This document shows, piece after piece, positions 38,901 to 52,700 of a DNA stretch of 64,000 nt. A program made the position numbers and the translations under genes. The notes below the pieces were generated by a model. That model saw nothing but the letters and a program-made list of their open reading frames with translations. It was not told the DNA's origin and made no database searches. The DNA lies in NCBI GenBank assembly GCA_964016885.1, contig OZ024741.1, positions 246,512,001 through 246,576,000 of the forward strand, read 5' to 3'. Position 1 is the stretch's first letter, and the number at the start of each line of letters is the position of its first letter. Source of the stretch: Eledone cirrhosa (Eukaryota).

Positions 38901-41900
38901 TCTCCCCTTGGACGGCTGGAAATTATCTGCCCTTGATTTTCTTTTTACAAATTATCTTCCACTGATTTTTTTTACAAATTATCTCCACCTGATTTTTTAA
39001 AAAATTATCTCCCCTTGGAAGGCTGGAAATTATCTCCCCTTGGACGGCTGGAAATTATCTCCCCTTGGACGGCTAGAAATTATCTCTCCTTGGACGGCTG
39101 AAAATTATCTCCCCTTGGACGGCTGCAAATTATCTCCCCTTGATTTTTTTTACAAATTATCTCCCCCTGATTTTTTTTACAAATTATCTCCCCCTGATTT
39201 TTTTTACAAATTATCTACCCCTGATTTTTTTTACAAATTATCTCCCCCTGATTTTTTTTTACAAATTATCTCCCCCTGATTTTTTTTTACAAATTATCTC
39301 CCCCTGATTTTTTTTTTACAAATTATCTCCCCCTGATTTTTTTACAAATTATCTCCCCCTGATTTTTTTTACAATCTCCGCCTGATTTTTTTAAAAATTA
39401 TCTTCCCTTGGCTGGCGGGAAATTATCTCCCCTTGGACGGCTGGAAATTATCTCGCCTTGCACGGCTGGAAATTATCTCCCCTTGGCTGGAAATTATCTC
39501 CCCTTGGACGGCTAGAAATTATCTCTCTTTGGACGGCTGGAAATTATCTCCCTTTGATTTTTTTTACAAATTATCTCCCTCTGATTTTTTTTACAAATCT
39601 CCCCCTGATTTTTTTAAAAAAATTATCTCCCCTTCGCTGGCTGGAAATTATCTTCCCTTGGACGGCTGGAAATTATCTCACCTTGATTTTTTTTACAAAT
39701 TATCTCCGCCTGATTTTTTTTTAAAATTATCTCTCCTTGGACGGCTGGAAATTATCTCCCCTTGATTTTTTTTACAAATAATCTCCCCCTGATTTTTTTT
39801 TATAAATTATCTCCCCCTGATTTTTTTTTACAAATTATCTACCCCTGTTTTTTTTTACAAATTATCTCCCCCTGATTTTTTTTACAAATTATCTCCCCCT
39901 GATTTTTCTTTTACAAATTATCTCCCCCTGATTTTTCTTTTACAAATTATCTCCCCCTGATTTTTTTACAAATTATCTCCCCCTGATTTTTTTTACAAAT
40001 TGTCTCCGCCTGATTTTTTTAAATATTATCTTCCCTTGGCTGGCGGGAAATTACCTCCCCTTGGACGGCTGGAAATTATCTGCCCTTGATTTTCTTTTTA
40101 CAAATTATCTTCCACTGATTTTTTTTACAAATTATCTCCACCTGATTTTTTAAAAAATTATCTCCCCTTGGAAGGCTGGAAATTATCTCCCCTTGGCTGG
40201 AAATTATCTCCCCTTGGACGGCTAGAAATTATCTCTCTTTGGACGGCTGGAAATTATCACCCCTTGAGTTTTTTACAAATTATCTCCCCCTGATTTTTTT
40301 TACAAATCTCCCAGTGATTTTTTAAAAAAAATTATCTCCCCTTCGCTGGCTGGAAATTATCTCCCCTTGGACGCTGGAAATTATAGCCCCTTGGAGGGCT
40401 GGAAATTATCTTCCCTTGGACGGCTGGAAATTATCTCCCCTTGATTTTTTTTACAAATTATCTCCCCCTGATTTTTTTTTACAAATTATCTCCCCCTGAT
40501 TTTTTTTTACAACTTATCTGCGCCTGATTTTTTTAAAAAAATTATCTCCCCTTGGACGGCTGGAAATTATCTCCCCTTGGACGGCTGGAAATTATCTCTC
40601 CTTGGACGGCTAGAATTTACCTCTCCTTGGACGGCTGAAAATTATCTCCCCTTGGACGGCTGGAAATTATCTCCCCTTGATTTTTTTTACAAATTATCTC
40701 CCCCTTTTTTTTTTTTACAAATTATCTCCCCCTGATTTTTTTTTACAAATTATCTCCCCCTGATTTTTTTTTACAAATTATCTCCCCCTGATTTTTTTTA
40801 CAAATTATCTCCCCCCTGATTTTTTTACAAATTATCTCCCCTTGGCTGGCTGGAAATTATCTCCCCTTGGAGGCTGGAACTTATCTCCCCTTGGACGGCT
40901 AGAAATTACCTCTCCTTGGACGGCTGGAAAATATGTCTCCTTGGACGGCTGGATATTATCTCCCCTTGGACGGCTGGAAATTATCTCCCCTTGGATGGCT
41001 GGAAATTATCTCCCTTTGGATGGCTAGATATTACCTCCCCTTGGACGGCTGGAAATTATCTCCCCTTGATTTTTTTAACAAATTATCTCCCCCTGATTTT
41101 TTTTTACAAATGATCTCCCCCTGATTTTTTTTAAAAAATTATCTCCCCCTGATTTTTGTTTACAAATTATCTCCGCCTGATTTTTTTTAACAAATTATCT
41201 CCCCTTGGACGGCTGGAAATTATCTCCCCTTGGACGGCTGGAAATTATATCTCCTTGGACGGCTAGAATTTACCTCTCCTTGGACGGCTGAAAATTATCT
41301 CCCCTTGGACGGCTGGAAATTATCTCCCCTTGATTTTTTTTACAAATCATCTCCCCCTGATTTTTTTTTACAAATTATCTCCCCCTGATTTTTTTTTACA
41401 AATTATCTGCCCCTGATTTTTTTTTACAAATTATCTCCATCTGATTTTTTTACAAATTATCTCCCCTTGGCTGGCTGGAAATTATCTCCCCTTGGAGGCT
41501 GGAACTTATCTCCCCTTGGACGGCTAGAAATTACCTCTCCTTGGACGGCTGGAAAATATGTCTCCTTGGACAGCTGGATATTATCTCCCCTTGGACGGCT
41601 GGAAATTATCTCCCCTTGGACGGCTGGAAATTATCTCCCCTTGGATGGCTAGATATTACCTCCCCTTGGACGGCTGGAAATTATCTCCCCTTGATTTTTT
41701 TTACAAATTATCTCCCCCTGATTTTTTTTACAAATTATCTCCCCCTGATTTTTGTTTACAAATTATCTCCGCCTGATTTTTTTTTTAAAATTATCTCCCC
41801 TTGGACGGCTGGAAATTATCTCCCCTTGGACGGCTAGAAATTACCTCTCCTTGGACGGCTGAAAATTATCTCCCCTTGGACGGCTGGAAATTATCTCCCC

Positions 41901-44900
41901 TTGGACGGCTGGAAATTATCTCCCCTTGGATGGCTAGATATTACCTCCCCTTGGACGGCTGGAAATTATCTCCCCTTGATTTTTTTTACAAATTATCTCC
42001 CCCTGATTTTTTTTTACAAATTATCTCCCCCTGATTTTTTTACAAATTATCCCCCCCTGATTTTTTTTACAAATTATCTCCGCCTGATTTTTTAAAATAT
42101 TATCTTCCCTTGGCTGGCGGGAAATTATCTCCCCTTGGACGGCTGGAAATTATCTGCCCTTGATTTTCTTTTTACAAATTAACTTCCACTGATTTTTTTT
42201 ACAAATTATCTCCCCTGATTTTTTTAAAAATTATCTCCCCTTGGAAGGCTGGAAATTATCTCCCCTTGGCTGGAAATTATCTCCCCTTGGACGGCTAGAA
42301 ATTATCTCTCTTTGGACGGCTGGAAATTATCACCCCTTGAGTTTTTTACAAATTATCTCCCCCTGATTTTTTTTACAAATCTCCCAGTGATTTTTAAAAA
42401 AAAATTATCTTCCCTTCGCTGGCTGGAAATTATCTCCCCTTGGACGCTGGAAATTATAGCCCCTTGGAGGGCTGGAAATTATCTTCCCTTGGACGGCTGG
42501 AAATTATCTCCCCTTGATTTTTTTTACAAATTATCTCCCCCTGATTTTTTTTTACAAATTATCTCCCCCTGATTTTTTTTTACAACTTATCTGCGCCTGA
42601 TTTTTTTAAAAAAATTATCTCTACTTGGACGGCTGGAAATTATCTACCCTTGGACGGCTGGAAATTATCTCTCCTTGGACGGCTAGAATTTACCTCTCCT
42701 TGGACGGCTGAAAATTATCTCCCCTTGGACGGCTGGAAATTATCTCCCCTTGATTTTTTTTACAAATTATCTCCCCCTGATTTTTTTTTACAAATTATCT
42801 CCCCCTGATTTTTTTTTACAAATTATCTCCCCCTGATTTTTTTTACAAATTATCTCCCCCTGATTTTTTTTTACAAATTATCTCCCCCTGATTTTTTTTT
42901 ACAAATTATCTCCCCCTGATTTTTTTTTACAAATTATCTCCCCCTGATTTTTTTTTACAAATTATCTCCCCCTGATTTTTTTTACAAATTATCTCCCCCT
43001 GATTTTTTTTTACAAATTATCTCCGCCTGATTTTTTTTTAAAAATTACCTCCCCTTGGACGGCTGGAAATTATCTCCCCTTGGACGGCTGGAAATTATCT
43101 CCCCTTGGACGGCTAGAAATTATCTCTCCTTGGACGGCTGAAAATTATCTCCCCTTGGACGGCTGCAAATTATCTCCCCTTGATTTTTTTTACAAATTAT
43201 CTCCCCCTGATTTTTTTTACAAATTATCTCCCCCTGATTTTTTTTACAAATTATCTACCCCTGATTTTTTTTACAAATTATCTCCCCCTGATTTTTTTTT
43301 ACAAATTATCTCCCCCTGATTTTTTTTTACAAATTATCTCCCCCTGATTTTTCTTTTACAAATTATCTCCCCCTGATTTTTTTACAAAGTATCTCCCCCT
43401 GATTTTTTTTACAATCTCCGCCTGATTTTTTTAAAAATTATCTTCCCTTGGCTGGCGGGAAATTATCTCCCCTTGGACGGCTGGAAATTATCTCCCCTTG
43501 GAAGGATGGAAATTATCTCCCCTTGGACGGCTGGAAATTATCTCCCCTTGCACGGCTGGAAATTATCTCCCCTTGGACGGCTAGAAATTATCTCTCTTTG
43601 GACGGCTGGAAATTATCTCCCTTTGATTTTTTTTACAAATTATCTCCCTCTGATTTTTTTTACAAATCTCCCCCTGATTTTTTAAAAAAAATTATCTCCC
43701 CTTCGCTGGCTGGAAATTATCTCCCCTTGGACACTGGAAATTATAGCCCCTTGGAGGGCTGGAAATTATCTTCCCTTGGACGGCTGGAAATTATCTCCCC
43801 CTGATTTTTTTAACAAATTATCTCCGCCTTATTTTTTTTAAAAATTATCTCTCCTTGGACGGCTGGAAATTATCTCCCCTTGATTTTTTTTACAAATAAT
43901 CTCCCCCTGATTTTTTTTTACAAATTATCTCCCCCTGATTTTTTTTTACAAATTATCTACCCCTGATTTTTTTTTACAAATTATCTCCCCCTGATTTTTT
44001 ACAAATTATCTCCCCCTGATTTTTCTTTTACAAATTATCTCCCCCTGATTTTTTTTACAAATTATCTCTGCCTGATTTTTTTAAATATTATCTTCCCTTG
44101 GCTGGCGGGAAATTATCTCCCCTTGGACGGCTGGAAATTATCTGCCCTTGATTTTCTTTTTACAAATTATCTTCCACTGATTTTTTTTACAAATTATCTC
44201 CACCTGATTTTTTAAAAAATTATCTCCCCTTGGAAGGCTGGAAATTATCTCTCTTTGTACGGCTGGAAATTATCACCCCTTGAGTTTTTTACAAATTATC
44301 TCCCCCTGATTTTTTTTACAAATCTCCCAGTGTTTTTTAAAAAAAATTATCTCCCCTTCGCTGGCTGGAAATTATCTCCCCTTGGACGCTGGAAATTATA
44401 GCCCCTTGGAGGGCTGGAAATTATCTTCCCTTGGACGGCTGGAAATTATCTCCCCTTGATTTTTTTTACAAATTATCTCCCCCTGATTTTTTTTTACAAA
44501 TTATCTCCCCCTGATTTTTTTTTACAACTTATCTGCGCCTGATTTTTAAAAAAAAATTATCTTCCCTTGGACGGCTGGAAATTATCTCCCCTTGGACGGC
44601 TGGAAATTATCTCTCCTTGGACGGCTAGAATTTACCTCTCTTTGGACGGCTGAAAATTATCTCCCCTTGGACGGCTGGAAATTATCTCCCCTTGATTTTT
44701 TTTACAAATTATCTCCCCCTGATTTTTTTTTACAAATTATCTCCCCCTGATTTTTTTTTACAAATTATCTCCCCCTGATTTTTTTTTACAAATTATCTCC
44801 CCCTGATTTTTTTTACAAATTATCTCCCCCTGATTTTTTTACAAATTATCTCCCCTTGGCTGGTTGGAAATTATCTCCCCTTGGAGGCTGGAACTTATGT

Positions 44901-47900
44901 CCCCTTGGACGGCTAGAAATTACCTCTCCTTGGACGGCTGGAAAATATGTCTCCTTGGACGGCTGGATATTATCTCCCCTTGGACGGCTGGAAATTATCT
45001 CCCCTTGGACGGCTGGAAATTATCTCCCCTTGGATGGCTAGATATTACCTCCCCTTGGACGGCTGGAAATTATCTCCCCTTGATTTTTTTTACAAATTAT
45101 CTCCCTTGATTTTTTTTTACAAATTATCTCCCCCTGATTTTTTTTTACAAATTATCACCCCTGATTTTTGTTTACAAATTATCTCCGCCTGATTTTTTTT
45201 TTAAAATTATCTCCCCTTGGACGGCTGGAAATTATCTCCCCTTGGACGGCTAGAAATTACCTATCCTTGGACGGCTGAAAATTATCTCCCCTTGGACGGC
45301 TGGAAATTATCTCCCCTTGATTTTTTTACAAATTATCTCCCCCTGATTTTTTTTTACAAATTATCTCCCCCTGATTTTTTTTTTACAAATTATCTCCCCC
45401 TGATTTTTTTTTACAAATTATCTACCCCTGATTTTTTTTACAAATTATCTCCCCCTGATTTTTTTTACAAATTATCTCCCCCTGATTTTTTTTTACAAAT
45501 TATCTCCCCCTGATTTTTTTACAAATTATCTCCCCCTGATTTTTTTTACAAATTATCTCCGCCTGATTTTTTTAAATATTATCTTCCCTTGGCTGGCGGG
45601 AAATTATCTCCCCTTGGACGGCTGAAAATTATCTCCCCTTGGACGGCTGGAAATTATCTCCCCTTGATTTTTTTCACAAATTATCTCCCCCTGATTTTTT
45701 TTTACAAATTATCTCCCCCTGATTTTTTTACAAATTATCTCCCCCTGATTTTTTTTTACAAATTATCTCCCCCTGATTTTTTTTACAAATTATCTCCCTC
45801 TGATTTTTTTACAAATTATCTCCCCTTGGCTGGCTGGAAATTATCTCCCCTTGGACGGCTAGAAATTACCTCTCCTTGGACGGCTGGAAAATATGTCTCC
45901 TTGGACGGCTGGATATTATCTCCCCTTGGACGGCTGGAAATTATCTCCCCTTGGACGGCTGGAAATTATCTCCCCTTGGACGGATAGATATTACCTCCCC
46001 TTGGACGGCTGGAAATTATCTCCCCTTGATTTTTTTACAAATTATCTCCCCCTGATTTATTTTACAAATCTCCCAATGATTTTAAAAAAAAATTATCTCC
46101 CCTTCGCTGGCTGGAAATTATCTCCCCTTGGACGCTGGAAATTATAGCCCCTTGGAGGGCTGGAAATTATCTTCCCTTGGACGGCTGGAAATTATCTCCC
46201 CTTGATTTTTTTTACAAATTATCTCCCCCTGATTTTTTTTACAAATTATCTCCCCCTGATTTTTTTTACAAATTATCTCCCCCTGATTTTTTTTTAGAAA
46301 TTATCTCCCCCTGATTTTTTTACAAATTATCTCCCCCTGATTTTTTTTACAATCTCCGCCTGATTTTTTTAAAAATTATCTTCCCTTGGCTGGCTGGAAA
46401 TTATCTCCCCTTGGACACTGGAAATTATAGCCCCTTGGAGGGCTGGAAATTATCTTCCCTTGGACGGCTGGAAATTATCTCCCCTTGATTTTTTTTACAA
46501 ATTATCTCCGCCTGATTTTTTTTTACAAATTATCTCCCCCTGATTTTTTTTTACAAATTATCTACCCCTGATTTTTTTTTACAAATTATCTCCCCCTGAT
46601 TTTTTTTACAAATTATCTCCCCCTGATTTTTCTTTTACAAATTATCTCCCCCTGATTTTTTTACAAATTATCTCCCCCTGATTTTTTTTACAAATTATCT
46701 CCGCCTGATTTTTTTAAATATTATCTTCCCTTGGCTGGCGGGAAATTATCTCCCCTTGGACGGCTGGAAATTATCTGCCCTTGATTTTCTTTTTACAAAT
46801 TATCTTCCACTGATTTTTTTTACAAATTATCTCCACCTGATTTTTTAAAAAATTATCTCCCCTTGGAAGGCTGGAAATTATCTCCCCTTGGACGGCTGGA
46901 AATTATCTCCCCTTGGACGGCTAGAAATTATCTCTCCTTGGACGGCTGAAAATTATCTCCCCTTGGACGGCTGCAAATTATCTCCCCTTGATTTTTTTTA
47001 CAAATTATCTCCCCCTGATTTTTTTTACAAATTATCTCCCCCTGATTTTTTTTACAAATTATCTACCCCTGATTTTTTTTACAAATTATCTCCCCCTGAT
47101 TTTTTTTTACAAATTATCTCCCCCTGATTTTTTTTTACAAATTATCTCCCCCTGATTTTTTTTTTACAAATTATCTCCCCCTGATTTTTTTACAAATTAT
47201 CTCCCCCTGATTTTTTTTACAATCTCCGCCTGATTTTTTTAAAAATTATCTTCCCTTGGCTGGCGGGAAATTATCTCCCCTTGGACGGCTGGAAATTATC
47301 TCGCCTTGCACGGCTGGAAATTATCTCCCCTTGGCTGGAAATTATCTCCCCTTGGACGGCTAGAAATTATCTCTCTTTGGACGGCTGGAAATTATCTCCC
47401 TTTGATTTTTTTTACAAATTATCTCCCTCTGATTTTTTTTACAAATCTCCCCCTGATTTTTTTAAAAAAATTATCTCCCCTTCGCTGGCTGGAAATTATC
47501 TTCCCTTGGACGGCTGGAAATTATCTCACCTTGATTTTTTTTACAAATTATCTCCGCCTGATTTTTTTTTTAAATTATCTCTCCTTGGACGGCTGGAAAT
47601 TATCTCCCCTTGATTTTTTTTACAAATAATCTCCCCCTGATTTTTTTTTATAAATTATCTCCCCCTGATTTTTTTTTACAAATTATCTACCCCTGTTTTT
47701 TTTTACAAATTATCTCCCCCTGATTTTTTTTACAAATTATCTCCCCCTGATTTTTCTTTTACAAATTATCTCCCCCTGATTTTTCTTTTACAAATTATCT
47801 CCCCCTGATTTTTTTACAAATTATCTCCCCCTGATTTTTTTTACAAATTGTCTCCGCCTGATTTTTTTAAATATTATCTTCCCTTGGCTGGCGGGAAATT

Positions 47901-49750
47901 ACCTCCCCTTGGACGGCTGGAAATTATCTGCCCTTGATTTTCTTTTTACAAATTATCTTCCACTGATTTTTTTTACAAATTATCTCCACCTGATTTTTTA
48001 AAAAATTATCTCCCCTTGGAAGGCTGGAAATTATCTCCCCTTGGCTGGAAATTATCTCCCCTTGGACGGCTAGAAATTATCTCTCTTTGGACGGCTGGAA
48101 ATTATCACCCCTTGAGTTTTTTACAAATTATCTCCCCCTGATTTTTTTTACAAATCTCCCAGTGATTTTTTAAAAAAATTATCTCCCCTTCGCTGGCTGG
48201 AAATTATCTCCCCTTGGACGCTGGAAATTATAGCCACTTGGAGGGCTGGAAATTATCTTCCCTTGGACGGCTGGAAATTATCTCCCCTTGATTTTTTTTA
48301 CAAATTATCTCCCCCTGATTTTTTTTTACAAATTATCTCCCCCTGATTTTTTTTTACAACTTATCTGCGCCTGATTTTTTAAAAAAAATTATCTCCCCTT
48401 GGACGGCTGGAAATTATCTCCCCTTGGACGGCTGGAAATTATCTCTCCTTGGACGGCTAGAATTTACCTCTCCTTGGACGGCTGAAAATTATCTCCCCTT
48501 GGACGGCTGGAAATTATCTCCCCTTGATTTTTTTTACAAATTATCTCCCCCTTTTTTTTTTTTACAAATTATCTCCCCCTGATTTTTTTTTACAAATTAT
48601 CTCCCCCTGATTTTTTTTTACAAATTATCTCCCCCTGATTTTTTTTACAAATTATCTCCCCCCTGATTTTTTTACAAATTATCTCCCCTTGGCTGGCTGG
48701 AAATTATCTCCCCTTGGAGGCTGGAACTTATCTCCCCTTGGACGGCTAGAAATTACCTCTCCTTGGACGGCTGGAAAATATGTCTCCTTGGACGGCTGGA
48801 TATTATCTCCCCTTGGACGGCTGGAAATTATCTCCCCTTGGACGGCTGGAAATTATCTCCCCTTGGATGGCTAGATATTACCTCCCCTTGGACGGCTGGA
48901 AATTATCTCCCCTTGATTTTTTTAACAAATTATCTCCCCCTGATTTTTTTTTACAAATGATCTCCCCCTGATTTTTTTTTAAAAATTATCTCCCCCTGAT
49001 TTTTGTTTACAAATTATCTCCGCCTGATTTTTTTTAACAAATTATCTCCCCTTGGACGGCTGGAAATTATCTCCCCTTGGACGGCTGGAAATTATATCTC
49101 CTTGGACGGCTAGAATTTACCTCTCCTTGGACGGCTGAAAATTATCTCCCCTTGGACGGCTGGAAATTATCTCCCCTTGATTTTTTTTACAAATCATCTC
49201 CCCCTGATTTTTTTTTACAAATTATCTCCCCCTGATTTTTTTTTACAAATTATCTCCCCCTGATTTTTTTTTACAAATTATCTCCATCTGATTTTTTTAC
49301 AAATTATCTCCCCTTGGCTGGCTGGAAATTATCTCCCCTTGGAGGCTGGAACTTATCTCCCCTTGGACGGCTAGAAATTACCTCTCCTTGGACGGCTGGA
49401 AAATATGTCTCCTTGGACAGCTGGATATTATCTCCCCTTGGACGGCTGGAAATTATCTCCCCTTGGACGGCTGGAAATTATCTCCCCTTGGATGGCTAGA
49501 TATTACCTCCCCTTGGACGGCTGGAAATTATCTCCCCTTGATTTTTTTTACAAATTATCTCCCCCTGATTTTTTTTTACAAATTATCTCCCCCTGATTTT
49601 TGTTTACAAATTATCTCCGCCTGATTTTTTTTTTTAAATTATCTCCCCTTGGACGGCTGGAAATTATCTCCCCTTGGACGGCTAGAAATTACCTCTCCTT
49701 GGACGGCTGAAAATTATCTCCCCTTGGACGGCTGGAAATTATCTCCCCTT
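34500..49750 (+). repeat. Higher-order duplication with period about 7.5-7.85 kb
   Basis: Offsets 7550 (34762/42312), 7522 (35558/43080), 7476 (37380/44856), 7848 (39040/46888, 39433/47281) and 7847 (40842/48689, 41467/49314). Markers TCTCGCCTTGC, ACAAATGATC and GGACAGCTGG. Confidence 0.87.
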
Positions 49751-52700
49751 GATTTTTTTACAAATTATCTCCCCCTGATTTTTTTTTTACAAATTATCTC
49801 CCCCTGATTTTTTTTTACAAATTATCTCCCCCTGATTTTTTTTTACAAATTATCTACCCCTGATTTTTTTTACAAATTATCTCCCCCTGATTTTTTTTAC
49901 AAATTATCTCCCCCTGATTTTTTTTTACAATTTATCTCCCCCTGATTTTTTTACAAATTATCTCCCCCTGATTTTTTTTACAAATTATCTCCGCCTGATT
50001 TTTTTAAATATTATCTTCCCTTGGCTGGCGGGAAATTATCTCCCCTTGGACGGCTGAAAATTATCTCCCCTTGGACGGCTGGAAATTATCTCCCCTTGAT
50101 TTTTTTTACAAATTATCTCCCCCTGATTTTTTTTTACAAATTATCTCCCCCTGATTTTTTTACAAATTATCTCCCCCTGATTTTTTTTTACAAATTATCT
50201 CCCCCTGATTTTTTTTACAAATTATCTCCCTCTGATTTTTTTACAAATTATCTCCCCTTGGCTGGCTGGAAATTATCTCCCCTTGGACGGCTAGAAATTA
50301 CCTCTCCTTGGACGGCTGGAAAATATGTCTCCTTGGACGGCTGGATATTATCTCCCCTTGGACGGCTGGAAATTATCTCCCCTTGGACGGCTGGAAATTA
50401 TCTCCCCTTGGACGGATAGATATTACCTCCCCTTGGACGGCTGGAAATTATCTCCCCTTGATTTTTTTTACAAATTATCTCCCCCTGATTTTTTTTTACA
50501 AATTATCTCCCCCTGATTTTTGTTTACAAATTATCTCCGCCTGATTTTTTTTTTTAAATTATCTCCCCTTGGACGGCTGGAAATTATCTCCCCTTGGACG
50601 GCTAGAAATTACCTCTCCTTGGACGGCTGAAAATTATCTCCCCTTGGACGGCTGGAAATTATCTCCCCTTGATTTTTTTACAAATTATCTCCCCCTGATT
50701 TTTTTTTTACAAATTATCTCCCCCTGATTTTTTTTTACAAATTATCTCCCCCTGATTTTTTTTTACAAATTATCTACCCCTGATTTTTTTTTTTAAATTA
50801 TCTCCCCTTGGACGGCTGGAAATTATCTCCCCTTGGATGGCTAGATATTACCTCCCCTTGGACGGCTGGAAATTATCTCCCCTTGATTTTTTTTACAAAT
50901 TATCTCCCCCTGATTTTTTTTTACAAATTATCTCCCCCTGATTTTTGTTTACAAATTATCTCCGCCTGATTTTTTTTTTTAAATTATCTCCCCTTGGACG
51001 GCTGGAAATTATCTCCCCTTGGATGGCTAGATATTACCTCCCCTTGGACGGCTGGAAATTATCTCCCCTTGATTTTTTTTACAAATTATCTCCCCCTGAT
51101 TTTTTTTTACAAATTATCTCCCCCTGATTTTTTTACAAATTATCCCCCCCTGATTTTTTTTACAAATTATCTCCGCCTGATTTTTTAAAATATTATCTTC
51201 CCTTGGCTGGCGGGAAATTATCTCCCCTTGGACGGCTGGAAATTATCTGCCCTTGATTTTCTTTTTACAAATTAACTTCCACTGATTTTTTTTACAAATT
51301 ATCTCCCCTGATTTTTTTAAAAATTATCTCCCCTTGGAAGGCTGGAAATTATCTCCCCTTGGCTGGAAATTATCTCCCCTTGGACGGCTAGAAATTATCT
51401 CTCTTTGGACGGCTGGAAATTATCACCCCTTGAGTTTTTTACAAATTATCTCCCCCTGATTTTTTTTACAAATCTCCCAGTGATTTTTAAAAAAAAATTA
51501 TCTTCCCTTCGCTGGCTGGAAATTATCTCCCCTTGGACGCTGGAAATTATAGCCCCTTGGAGGGCTGGAAATTATCTTCCCTTGGACGGCTGGAAATTAT
51601 CTCCCCTTGATTTTTTTTACAAATTATCTCCCCCTGATTTTTTTTTACAAATTATCTCCCCCTGATTTTTTTTTACAACTTATCTGCGCCTGATTTTTTT
51701 AAAAAAATTATCTCTACTTGGACGGCTGGAAATTATCTACCCTTGGACGGCTGGAAATTATCTCTCCTTGGACGGCTAGAATTTACCTCTCCTTGGACGG
51801 CTGAAAATTATCTCCCCTTGGACGGCTGGAAATTATCTCCCCTTGATTTTTTTTACAAATTATCTCCCCCTGATTTTTTTTTACAAATTATCTCCCCCTG
51901 ATTTTTTTTTACAAATTATCTCCCCCTGATTTTTTTTACAAATTATCTCCCCCTGATTTTTTTTTACAAATTATCTCCCCCTGATTTTTTTTTACAAATT
52001 ATCTCCCCCTGATTTTTTTTTACAAATTATCTCCCCCTGATTTTTTTTTACAAATTATCTCCCCCTGATTTTTTTTACAAATTATCTCCCCCTGATTTTT
52101 TTTTACAAATTATCTCCGCCTGATTTTTTTTTAAAAATTACCTCCCCTTGGACGGCTGGAAATTATCTCCCCTTGGACGGCTGGAAATTATCTCCCCTTG
52201 GACGGCTAGAAATTATCTCTCCTTGGACGGCTGAAAATTATCTCCCCTTGGACGGCTGCAAATTATCTCCCCTTGATTTTTTTTACAAATTATCTCCCCC
52301 TGATTTTTTTTACAAATTATCTCCCCCTGATTTTTTTTACAAATTATCTACCCCTGATTTTTTTTACAAATTATCTCCCCCTGATTTTTTTTTACAAATT
52401 ATCTCCCCCTGATTTTTTTTTACAAATTATCTCCCCCTGATTTTTCTTTTACAAATTATCTCCCCCTGATTTTTTTACAAAGTATCTCCCCCTGATTTTT
52501 TTTACAATCTCCGCCTGATTTTTTTAAAAATTATCTTCCCTTGGCTGGCGGGAAATTATCTCCCCTTGGACGGCTGGAAATTATCTCCCCTTGGAAGGAT
52601 GGAAATTATCTCCCCTTGGACGGCTGGAAATTATCTCCCCTTGCACGGCTGGAAATTATCTCCCCTTGGACGGCTAGAAATTATCTCTCTTTGGACGGCT

